DNA from: the human T2T-CHM13v2.0 reference genome, Homo sapiens
Length of the DNA: 64,000 nt
Assembly: GCF_009914755.1 (NCBI RefSeq)
Contig: NC_060928.1
Reading direction: 5' to 3' (one strand)
Shown here: piece by piece, positions 27,451 through 42,559 of the stretch
Layout: every line of letters starts with the position of its first letter
Numbering within the stretch: the stretch's first letter is position 1
The notes under the pieces: generated by a model
The model's input: the letters and a program-made list of their open reading frames with translations, nothing else
Databases searched by the model: none
What the model was told of the DNA's origin: nothing
Position numbers and translations under genes: made by a program

Positions 27451-30400
27451 TAAGAAAGAAACATAAAGTCAAAAGTTTTGTGAATATTATGTCAAAATTA
27501 TGTGCTTATCATTTTGCTGCTGTTCCTTTTTTAAAAATGCTTTTTTTTATCTCTCTGTAAAATAATGGTGTTCCCTTTCTAATGCAAACATACTTTCAGA
27601 TCCTAATCATTGGGGTAAACATTCTTTTTAAAACTATTGTTTACAAAAGTAAAAATCTGACTTTGTCCATGCAGATCATATATTGACAAGTATTTTTCAA
27701 CAACATAATTTTAACCTTATGACATCAGTTTTAATAGCAGTCATTACACTATTATTCCAGGTGATTCTGGGACACCTGAGTACTCTGTGTAATTGAAGTT
27801 ATCTGTAGCCACATTTAATATGACATGTTCAATGTTTGGTCTCACAAGCTCACTGCTTAGAGTCTTCTTCATCCACCCAATATTGAAGTAATGAAATGGC
27901 TGTTAATAGATTCATCACTGATCTCATTCTGCGACATCTTTATCAGAATAATATAAAATCAATGTAAGAAATTTGGTGAAATTATGAAAATTTAGGAAAA
28001 AATAAATTTCATTTATAAAATCTGTGTGATTTCATTATGGTTTTATTCTATTTATGTAACTCAAAGTACATATATTATGTTTACATAAAAATTTTTTATC
28101 TCATTGCATGTATCTTTTCTTCTGACACAAAAATTGTGATATTTTTCTGTTCATCATTTTGTTCCGTAGTATTCAACAATACCTGTACTATGGCTGACAG
28201 TGTAATTTAACATTTTTTGATAAAACAATTGTAATGGCATGGTACACACATTGTATACATTTTAAATCATTTCTCAATGTAAAATATTTGAATTGTCTCC
28301 AGTGTTTATTTTATGAATGTCTGCCACAAATATTGAATCTGACCATCGTGATTTAGTTGTTCTCTGTATAGTTTCATATGAGTATATTATGAAGCCAATG
28401 TCTATATGCATTTTTATAATACTTAATACTTTTCCCCAAGTGTCTGATTCTTTTAAAATATGCAATCATTATCTGAGAATCTAATACATAATGGAAAAGC
28501 AAGAAAATTTGTGACAAAAATTATTTTATGTAAGAAAGAAGTAGAGGACAGGCTGCACAACTATTGACCTGGATTCGAACCTACCTTCTGCAAATGAATA
28601 ACAACAGCTAGTATTAGTATTTATCACTATTGTTCTAATAGTCATTCTTGCCCTTGTCTTCCTTCTCCACCTACTCTCTTCCCCCTTCTAATGGCACCAT
28701 CACTTTCCTCTAATGTGAATGGGAAAAGTTTTTGAGAATAAGGTTAGAGTGCATAGAATTTTCATTGGTCTTACCTCTGCCTTTGTCCTTTGGGAAATTA
28801 CCACATAGAGCCTATGCAATTTTCATTCAACATAAACATTGAGTTTTAACTCAAGTAAGATTTCAGTTTTCTGTTGCTGCTTATAAGAAGGTAGACAAAA
28901 AGATCTCTTAAGGCTTATATAATAAAGTAGTGAGGAATGCTTGCTTCCTGCTTATGTCTCAAAAGAATAACATTAAAGTAAAATATATGAGGTTCTTTTG
29001 TTTCTTCGTAAGGAAGATCATCCTATATCCTGACAGAATTCTTTTGTAAATCTCAGTGTAGTTTTCAGATGCAAGTGGTAGACATTATTTGGATCTTATT
29101 ATACATGCATTGTTCATTTTTTTTTGGTGCTTCTCTGTCAGGCAGCTGTGATGATGAGTCCCAAGTTTCCCAGAGATTTTTACTGAGGTGTCCTATAGGC
29201 TTGGTATAAGGCAGAAAACATTGAAAGGGTAGGCTGACCCTTTTATGCTCTAAGATATAAACCTCTGTCATCTCACTGACTAATGTTTTAAATGCTAGAG
29301 TGAAAGCAAGTAAACATTGGCTTTGGCTGCGAATATTCTGGTGGCACACATTTATGTCGTTGAGGAATAGTGTACCTTGAAAAGCCTTAACCCTTACACC
29401 GTTAGCATTTCATCTTGTTCATCTGACTGCCCAAACATCTATATTTAAACAAATCCACAGGGGATCTGTTCTCTAGGACTTTGCTGGAGAACCTTGATGT
29501 GTCGGAAAACTGTTCCTATTAATAGAGGAATTATATCTCGAGTGGCTGGCATATGTTAACTAATGGATACTATTAATAGTAATAACAAAAATAAAAAATC
29601 ATTACAATATTACTACTATTTGAATCACTGACTATGTATGAGAGACATTATAAGTGTTTTATCTATGTTAAGTATATTTCCAACACGACACAATAGGAGG
29701 TAATTGCCATTATTATAGAAGTAGGCATAATTATCTCTATCAACATTCTAGTCCACTTTTCCATTATTATCTGTTGCATAAACTCATGCAAAATCTTCTA
29801 AATGATCTACACTTTTCACAATCTGGCCTTTTTGCGATGTAATCCATTGACAACATTGAGAGCGTTTTAAAGAAAGGGAATCTGATAATATCTCTCCATT
29901 TCTGAACTCTGTGCAGTAGCTCCCCTTTGCCCTTAATAGATACTTAGATCTCCTTATAGTTATATTGCTTCAACTTACCTCTCTAGCATCATCTGCTACT
30001 TTACTCAGCTTTTTCCTGCATACTAATTTGAAACCTTAGGCACTGCCTTTACTTCACTACCTGCTTTTCTTTTTGTGTTTTCCTCTCCCCCTCATCTTTT
30101 CATCTACTCCTAGACATTATTGAGGACTCACTTTATCAATGACTTTGAGATCTCTTCTACATGTTTCCTTAGCATTGTGACCTTATAACACTTTTAGACT
30201 TTTCCTTTTTACTTGCTTATAGTCTATCTTTCAAAGTACAACGTAAGGCATGAGGGAGCAGAAAGTGCCTACATTTCTTCTCTGAAAATCCAGCACTTAT
30301 CCGTGGTTTGTGCTGATCAATTCATAAATATTCCTTGAAGGAATGACTTATTTTTTTTTTTACATTGCACAATGAAGGCTTTCATTGAATCAACCCTGTT

Positions 30401-30612
30401 TTCAGAGTCTCTTTAGTATCCCTCTTTGATATTTAATGACACTAAAGTTTACACAGTTGTGATGATATAGCAACATATGAGTTTCTAATGGTAGGTCACT
30501 TTCTTTGACCTCCCGTATTTCTCTCACTGTGAGTCAAACACTCTGAATGAAAACATATCTGGCCATTCCTTCTGAAATGCAAAGCAAATAAATCAAACAT
30601 GAATACATTTAC

Positions 30613-30751
30613 CTTAGGCAGGGTTTTGGCTGGTTTACAGTGGAGTTCCCCCACAAAATCGACATTTGGTAAGGGTGGGTGAAGAAATTCAAAATCCCAG
30701 TACGTTTGAATGAGCCACACTTCAGCTTTCCCCATTGTCTCAAATAATGTA
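30613..30751 (-). pseudogene. UGT2B29P: UGT2B pseudogene exon 2 remnant, splice acceptor lost
   Basis: [46 protein letters not shown] followed by an AAG|GTAAAT donor. The first ~10 nt of the UGT2B exon 2 and its AG are absent. The symbol is inferred from the position between TMPRSS11E and UGT2B17. Confidence 0.88.
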
Positions 30752-31099
30752 CATTAATAAAATAAATATATACATATATTTTTATATATAAGCATAACAA
30801 TTTTATATATTGCATATTACTTATATATAAGGAAAGCAAAATGTTCAGATAATTAAGAGGAAATTACATATATTTTTTTCTTTTTCTTTTTTTTATTATA
30901 CTTTAAGTTTTAGGGTACATGTGCACATTGTGCAGGTTAGTTACATATGTATACATGTGCCATGCTGGTGCACTGCACCCACTAACTCGTCATCTAGCAT
31001 TAGGTATATCTCCCAATGCTATCCCTGCCCCCTGCCCCTACCCCACCACAGTCCCCAGAGTGTGATATTCCCCTTCCTGTGTCCATGTGATCTCATTGT

Positions 31100-34942
<3,843 letters not shown>

Positions 34943-34990
34943 TTATTTTGCTAGTTAGTTGATGCAGTTTCTTCCTAGTCTCAATGGTCT

Positions 34991-36007
34991 TTACATTTTG
35001 GCATGATTTTGCAGCAGCTGGTACCGGTTGTTCCTTTCCATGTTTAGCATTTCCTTCAGGAGCTCTTTTAGGGCAGGCCTGGTGGTGACAAAATCTTTCA
35101 GCATTTGCTTGTCTGTAAAGTATTTTATTTCTCCTTCACTTATGAAACTTAGTTTGGCTGGATATGAAATTCTGGGTTGAAAATTCTTTTCTTTAAGAAT
35201 GTTGAGTATTGGCCCCCACTCTCTTCTGGCTTGTAGGGTTTCTGCCGAGAGATCCACTGTTAGTCTGATGGGCTTCCCTTTGAGGGTAAGCCCACCCTTC
35301 TCTCTGTCTGCCCTTAACATTTTTTTCTTCATTTCAACTTTGGTGAATCTGACAATTATGTGTCTTGGAGTTGCTCTTCTCGAGGAGTATCTTTGTGGCG
35401 TTCTTTGTATTTCCTGAATCTGAATGTTGGCCTGCCTTGCTAGATTGGGGAAGTTCTCCTGGATAATACCCTGCAGAGTGTTTTCCAACTTGGTTCCATT
35501 CTCCCCATCACTTTCAGGTACACCAATCAGACGTAGATTTGGTCTTTTCACATAGTCCCATATTTCTTGGAGGCTTTGCTCATTTCTTTTTATTCTTTTT
35601 TCTCTAAACTTCCCTTCTCGCTTCATTTCATTCATTTCATCTTCCATTGCTGATACCCTTTCTTCCAGTTGATCGCATCGGCTCCTGAGGCTTCTGCATT
35701 CTTCACGTAGTTCTCGAGCCTTGGTTTTCAGCTCCATCAGCTCCTTTAAGCACTTCTCTGTGTTGGTTATTCTAGTTATACATTCTTCTAAATTTTTTTC
35801 AAAGTTTTCAACTTATTTGCCTTTGGTTTGAATGTCCTCCCATACCTCAGAGTAATTTGATCGTCTGAAGCCTTCTTCTCTCAGCTCGTCAAAGTCATTC
35901 TCCATCCAGCTTTGTTCCGTTGCTGGTGAGGAACTATGTTCCTTTGGAGGAGGAGAGGTGCTCTGCTTTTTAGAGTTTCCAGTTTTTCTGTTCTGTTTTT
36001 TCCCCAT
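34991..36007 (-). pseudogene. L1 ORF1p, 338 codons with one nonsense codon (E65*)
   Basis: ORFs 35813-36007 and 34991-35737 are in the same frame, separated only by TAA at 35813-35815. Confidence 0.92.
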
Positions 36008-36458
36008 CTTTGTGGTTTTATCTACTTTTGGTCTTTGATGATGGTGATGTACAGATGGGTTTTTGGTGTGGATGTCCTTTCTGTTTGTTAGTTTTCCTTC
36101 TAACAGACAGGACCCTCAGCTGCAGGTCTGTTGGAATACCCCACCGTGTGAGGTGTCAGTGTGCCCCTGCTGCGGGGTGCCTCTCAGTTAGGCTGCTTGG
36201 GGGTCAGGGGTCAGGGACCCACTTGAGGAGGCAGTCTGCCCGTTCTCAGATCTCCAGCTGCGTGCTGGGAGAACCACTGCTCTCTTCAAAGCTGTCAGAC
36301 AGGGACATTTAAGTCTGCAGAGGTTACTGCTGTCTTTTTGTCTGTGCCCTGCCCCCAGAGGTGGAGCCTACAGAGGCAGGCAGGCCTCCTTGAGCTGTGG
36401 TGGGCTCCACCCAGTTCGAGCTTCCCTGTTGCTTTGTTTACCTAAGCAAGCCTGGGCA

Positions 36459-36674
36459 ATGGCGGGCACCCCTCCCCCAGCCTCACTGCCACCTTGCAGT
36501 TTGATCTCAGACTGCTGTGCTAGCAATCAGCGAGACTCCATGGGCGTAGGACCCTCCGATCCAGGTGCGGGATATAATCTCGTGGTGCACCATTTTTTAA
36601 GCCCGTCGGAAAAGCCCAGTATTTGGGTGGGAGTGACCCGATTTTCCAGGTACGTCCCTCACCCCTTTCTTTGA
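36459..36674 (+). CDS. L1 ORF0, antisense 71-aa ORF, intact
   Basis: GCAATGG Kozak context; MAGTPPPASLPPCSLISDCCASNQRDSMGVGPSDPGAGYNLVVHHFLSPSEKPSIWVGVTRFSRYVPHPFL*. Expression unknown. Confidence 0.7.
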   Translation: MAGTPPPASLPPCSLISDCCASNQRDSMGVGPSDPGAGYNLVVHHFLSPSEKPSIWVGVTRFSRYVPHPFL

Positions 36675-37993
36675 CTCGGAAAGGGAACTCCCTGACCCCT
36701 TGTGCTTCCCAAGTGAGGCATTGCCTCGCCCTGCTTTGGCTCACGCATGGTACGCGCACCCACTGACCTGTGCCCACTGTCTGGCACTCCCTAGTGAGAT
36801 GAACCCGGTACCTCAGATGGAAATGCAGAAATCACCTGTCTTCTGCGTCGCTCACACTGGGAGCTGTAGACCTGAGCTGTTCCTATTCAGCCATCTTCGG
36901 AAATTACATATTTAATGTAACATTAGTATATTCACAATCTCAAATAGTTATTAAAATAAGCCACTATGGACTTAAATATGCATTTGTTTCCTCTCTGAAA
37001 CTGCAGTAGTAACTGATATACATTTAAACAGCTCTTTGAGCTCCAGGATGAATTCATCTTACTATACTCATAAAAACAGCTTTCTACGAAGTGCACAATC
37101 TCGTTTCCACAATTTATCAAGTCAGTCCCTTGATCCTTGGTTCTCCAAGTGAACTGTGAGTTTTCTGAGAGTATGCCTGAAATCCTTGAACATACTACTG
37201 CTTCTAGTTCACGTTAAGATTTTAACAATATTAGCTTTAAAATACATACATTAAAAATGATAGCTAGTATATTTTCAGAATTTATTGAAACAGAGATATG
37301 TGCTCCCCCTTAACTTGGCCCATATTTTCCCTAATAAAGAGATGTAGTTAATAAAGTATAGATTAAAAGCTTGAATGTTCACTTTCAACAAGATTTTAAT
37401 TCACAAAGCAAATAATTTCTCAGTTGTTAGTGAATGATATACAAACACTAGAAACCTCAAATTTTAGGTTTCTGTTTCTGAAATAGAGCCAGTATACCTC
37501 TCAACTGTGAAGGAATCCTTCTGTTTATAGAGAAAAATATTTTAATACCTAAATAAGAAAACTGAGGTACACAAAGAGAAACAAGTTTCTCAATGCTGCA
37601 TTGATAGTTATGCTAGAAATATGTGTAGCTCCTCATCTAAATGTCTGCCTTCATCAAGTTGTTTATTGATATATATTTTGCCTTTTTTAAAGATGAAAAA
37701 AGTATAGTAAAATACGTATATAGTTGCTTAAAGAAATCATAAGTGCTTTACTTTGTAGTTTTTTTTTTTTAATTCCTGTAGTGTCCTATAGGAGTGATGA
37801 CCAAAGGGTTCTAGCTGAGCCTATAATATCAACATTTCTATAATATTTGTGAGATTGATAGATCATCTTACATTTGCCATTCATCATTTCATTTAAACAA
37901 CACTATCCTCTTACATTATATTTATATACGCTCACCTTCAAAGGCAAAAGGAAAGTTAGGACTTATTAATCATTGATTAGAAACATGACTTAC

Positions 37994-38720
37994 CTAGAAC
38001 TTCACTGTAAAACTTCTCCCACTTCTCGTATCAAACATTTGAAACCAAAAGTCAAAATAAAGCACATGTATTAGATTTTTAATCCTCTCCACGAATGTCA
38101 TTTTACCACTTAATTCAGACAGAACAGCAGGTATGCGGGAAATGGGGAATGGAAGTCCTCCATTATACTTCTCAAGTGTGTAGCCAGGAGACTGTCAACA
38201 AAGGACATGTATTTAACATGCCTTTAACATGCTCAGCTAGCAGTTCACCACAGGCACCAAGGGCATCTGCAAGAACGACATCAAACTTTGACTCTTGTAG
38301 TTTTGTCGTAATTTTCTTGTTCAAAACTACATCTTTACAGAGATTATTAACACAGTCTGTAGATTCCCAAAAGAGTTCTTGTGCTTGTGAAAAATATGAC
38401 CAAAATGCATCTTTTGGAAGATCGTATATCCATCTATTGATCAGTTTCACAACAAGACCCTCAAAATTATTTTTAATTAGAGATGTTGGATAAACTTCAA
38501 ATTTAATAGCAGATGATTTACTAGGGTCAATAATAATGGAAGCCGAAGATGTCAACACAGTCATCTTGTGGCCTCTCCAAACAAGTTCATCCAGGATTGT
38601 CTTTATATTCATCCAATGGCTGTATTCTGTGGGCCACAGCAGCACCTTTCCACAACTCCCAGAGCTAAAGTAACAACTGAGTTGTATCAGGAGAATATTT
38701 GACATCGATTTCAATGTCCT
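37994..38720 (-). pseudogene. UGT2B29P: UGT2B pseudogene exon 1
   Basis: [24 protein letters not shown]...[14 protein letters not shown] is the UGT2B N-terminus. The ancestral ATG reads AGG (38718-38720). Frameshifting indels at about 38190-38230, including a GCATGTTAAA duplication, give a stop at 38172. A further 1-nt deletion lies near 38027. The CTAG|GTAAGT donor at 37994/37993 is intact. Confidence 0.92.
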
Positions 38721-38830
38721 CCTGGTGCAATGCAATGTTTCTTTTCAAATTGCTGTTTCTTTCTGTCTTTCTCATACTTACATCTGAGCATAAATCAATC
38801 AAGTGAAAGTATAACTGCTACAATTCAAAG
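38721..38830 (-). promoter_or_regulatory. Decayed UGT2B proximal promoter and 5'UTR
   Basis: Minus strand reads GTTATACTTTCAC (degenerate HNF1-like, 38803-38815), then TGATTGAT (PBX-like, 38794-38801), then TGTAA where a TATA-like box is recalled, then the gcattgcaccagg leader typical of UGT2B genes. Confidence 0.55.
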
Positions 38831-39741
38831 TAGCAGTTACCATATAATTTCTAAATTATCATAGGAATTGTCTGTTACCATACAATTTCTAAATTACCAT
38901 AGGAATTTTCAGATTGTTTTTCACAGTGGTTGCTTCCATTTCCATTCTCACCAGCAATGTATAAGAATTTTAATTTCTTCCCAACATTGCCAACACTTGG
39001 GATTACATTTCGTTTGATTATAGCCAGTGTGAATGAAGTGATATCTCATTATGCTTTACCTTTCCTTGATATGAAATCATGTTGAGAATGTTTTGCCTAG
39101 TTTTGATTGAATTATTTGTCTTCTTATGGACTTGTGTTTTTAATATATTTTTGATGTAAGAACCTTATCACATGTATGATTTCCTTGTATTTTTTTATTC
39201 TTTGGGCTGTCCTTTTACTTTCTTAATGGTGTTCATTGAAGCACAAAAGTATTGATTTTAATGAAGTCCAACTAATCAATTTTAATTTGGTTGCTTTTAT
39301 TTTTGATTTTATATCTCACAAACCATTTCCAAGTTATGAAAATTAGTACCTGTTATTTATTATTAGAGTTTTATAGTTCTAGTGCTTACATTTAAGTTTT
39401 TGATCACCTATGAATTAGCTTTTGTAAGTGATTTGAGGTAGAGGGTCCCAACTTAATTATTTTGTATACAGATAATCATTTTTCCCACTTATATTTGTTG
39501 AATAATCTATTCTTTCCCCTATTAAAACGTTTTGAAACTTTTGTCAAAAACTTTAAATGCATGGGCATATTTCTATGTTCTAAAATCATTCCATTGATCT
39601 ACATGTCTATCTGTAGGCCTGTATCACACTCTCTTGATTATCATATATTTGTATTTGTCTTTAAAGGCAGGAAATGTAAGTTTTCCAGCTTTTTTTTATT
39701 TAAATTGTTTCAGTTTTTTTTAAAATTTTTTTCTTCTTGTT

Positions 39742-39875
39742 TTTTTTTTTTTTTTTAAGAGATAGAAGTCTTACTATATTGCCCAGGCTAGATTCAAATT
39801 TCTGGGCTCAAGCAATCCTCCCAACACAGCTTCTTGAGTAGCTGGAATTACAGGTGTGTTTCACTATACCTAGCT
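39742..39875 (-). mobile_element. FLAM / Alu monomer
   Basis: Poly-T plus a single ~120-bp Alu arm. Confidence 0.7.
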
Positions 39876-40105
39876 TCTTTTGGCTATTAGTATGTCTCTT
39901 GAATATGTACATAAATTTCAGGATCAGTTTGTCTGTTTATACAAAGAAGCAATCTGGGATTTTGATACGGATTGCATTGATTTGGTATATCAGTTTGGGG
40001 AGTAGAGTATGGTCATTATCACAATTTTAGGTCTTTCAATAAATGAAAATGAGATGCCTTTCTATTTATTTAGATGTTCTTATTTCCACAGTGTTTTGTA
40101 GATTT

Positions 40106-40797
40106 TGTTACAGTGGCTAGCTAGTCAGACACAAACAGGGCAGAAGAGGGCTCCCACACCCTACCAGGAAAGTCAGGTGACCATCAGTTAATGGCCAGGC
40201 AGTTGTCACACTGTTTAAAACAATAATTGGTTGCAGCCAGCCAGGGAAAGGCAGATTTCTTATAGATAGAAAAAATCAAATCTGGTAATCAGCAGCTTCC
40301 TGATAAGATCTCAGCAGTTGGGAGAGTGGGTTCACACACACACATTAAGAGGCCAAATGGTGGAGTACGACATTCCGGGGGCACCAGAAAAGGGAAGAAT
40401 GCCTCAGGGGAGCATGCATATGACTCCAGTAAATATACTGTGCATGCTCATCTCCTAAGTGGTAGCAGGCCATCACACATGCCAGCAGGTCATTCTAAGG
40501 AAAGAATCAAGGAAAAGGGAAGCAGGACCCGGAAAGTATGCCAACATATAAAACCCTAAGTCAAAGGTCAAACACCACACTTTACCTTCAAAATGGCTAC
40601 TTGTATCTATCCCAAGTGTACTTTCCTTTCTTTCCTGCTATAAAACTTTTTAATAAATTTTCACTTCTGTTCTGAAACTTGTGCTGGTCTCTTTTTCTGC
40701 CTTATGCCGCTCAGTCAAATTCATTCTTCTGAGGAGGCAAGAATTCAGGTTGCTGCAGAACCATAAATACTTGCTGCAGTAACCACCGCTGGTAATA
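40106..40797 (+). mobile_element. ERV1 solo LTR (MER50-like)
   Basis: Starts tgttacag...gctagtcagac; contains tataaaa and aataaa; ends with ttcttctgaggaggcaagaatt...gttgctgcag. Confidence 0.7.
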
Positions 40798-41435
40798 ATG
40801 TCACAGTAAGAGTTGTACAATTTTTTGATAAACTTATTGCTAAGAATTATATTTTTTCATGGTATTATAGGGGTGACTGTGTAATCTTTATTTTAGTTTA
40901 AATTTCCATTGCAATTGTGTAGATTTTTTGTTTGTTTATTTACCTTGTATCCCAAAATCTTGTTTTATTAGTTTACTTGAATATTTTTTAGTGGATTTGT
41001 AAAAATTTTCTATTATAAGATCATGATATATGCCAATAGAGACAGTTTAACTTCTTTCTTTCTAATGTGGATTCCTTTTATTTCATTTTCTTTCCTATTT
41101 GTTGGCTGAAAGTTCTACTGCAATATTGAGTGAAAGTGAGAAGAGTCAGTTTAGTGTGATGTTAGCTGTGTGTTTTTTTATAGACACTATTGATCAGTTT
41201 TAGAATGTTCCCCTTTACTTCTAGTTTAAGTGTTCTTATCATGAAGAATATTGAATTTCATTAAGTAAGTTTTTCTGCAGTTATCGAAATGATTATGCAG
41301 TTTTTTCCTTTATTCTAATGATATGATATATTAGTTGGCTTTTTCAGATGTTAACATAACTTTGCATTCCTGGAATAAAGTTCATTTGTTTATGGCATTT
41401 AAGCTTTTCATGTGTTCCTGAATTTTGTTTGCTAG

Positions 41436-41712
41436 TGTGAAAAGAAAGTAAAAATCTTGAGTCATTAAACTCACTATGTCAAAGAGAAAAGTTAATCTTG
41501 GGAAATGAAGCATGTAAAATTGGCTCCCATTTTGTTCCTAAACAGATAGCTGCAAAGATAGAAGGCCACATACCTCCCCAGATGGCCTCCTTCCCAATTT
41601 ACTCACAAGGAAATTCACAAGGCCCTAAAACAGAGTTCTCTTGAATTTTACCCTGACAATATAAATTAACATTTTATATTCACAGGTATATAAAAGACAG
41701 GACTTGAAGCCA
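41436..41712 (+). mobile_element. MER4-family LTR 5' fragment
   Basis: tgtgaaaagaaagtaaaaatcttg...ctcccattttgttcctaaa...cacaaggaaattc. Confidence 0.6.
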
Positions 41713-42559
41713 TTGTGTGGTTTTTAGCATAAGGGCTTACTGAATGGTGGTTATGTTTTCTCCTTTTTTATTTTTTGGAGAATTAGTTATTTTAAATACT
41801 TGATAGAAGTATAGAGCTTTTATATTTTCTACTCTACCATTTCCAGTTATTACCCAGCTATGTTTTTCTAAATAATATTTCATTGGAAGCCGTCAGACAC
41901 TGGGCTTTTCTTTTATGGGAGACTTTTTCTTACAGCTTCAATCTTGTTACTTGTTATTAGTTTGTTCAGGTTTTTTATTTCTTCATGGGTCTATTTTGGC
42001 CGGTTGTATGTGTCCAGGAATTTATTAATATCATCTAGGTTTTCCAAATTGTTGGTATATAGTTGTTCATAATATTCTGTAATAATTTGTGTTTCTGTAA
42101 TCTCAGTTTTTATGTCTCCTCTTTCACTTCTGATTTTATTTAGTGGGTCTGTTCTCACTTTTTCTTACTTAGTCTAGCTAACAGTTTGTTGATTTTGTTT
42201 ACTTTTACAGAGTTTACCTTATTGACTATGGCTGCTTTTGTACTACAATGGAAGAGTTGAGTAGGCACAGGAGTCCAAAGGGTTTGCAAATTCCAAAAAT
42301 GTTTACCATCTGAGGCTTTATAGAACCTATTCTGATCTCTGCTCTACAGTAAGCAGGTTCGTTTTTTCCTTTAACCTTTCTATATATTCAATGCAATTTT
42401 ACTAAAACAGTATAGATTTTTAGTGAGTGAGCCAGATGGTTTACGTTTAATTTTGTTAATAATTAGTTAATAAATTAATCTATTTGTATTTCCATTTTAT
42501 TTAGAATAGGTGAATTTGTTTATTATGTGGAATGGTGCTTCTGTTTTGCCTTTTTTTTT

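Larger units (their letters stand above)
38905..41435 (-). mobile_element. Old L1M ORF2 fragment interrupted by a FLAM and an LTR
   Basis: Degenerate antisense L1 ORF2 sequence (ccattctcaccagcaatgtataaga; ttgcattcctggaataaa). Confidence 0.65.

Noticed and set aside
27755-27800. Weak resemblance of caggtgattctggg to UGT2B exon 4 on the minus strand
   Set aside because: The similarity is only a few bases, with no conserved translation or splice sites.
38172-38735. 187-aa ORF as a functional UGT gene
   Set aside because: The called start is a non-ATG codon in the 5'UTR, the true ATG is mutated, the exon is frameshifted, exon 2 has no acceptor and later exons were not found.
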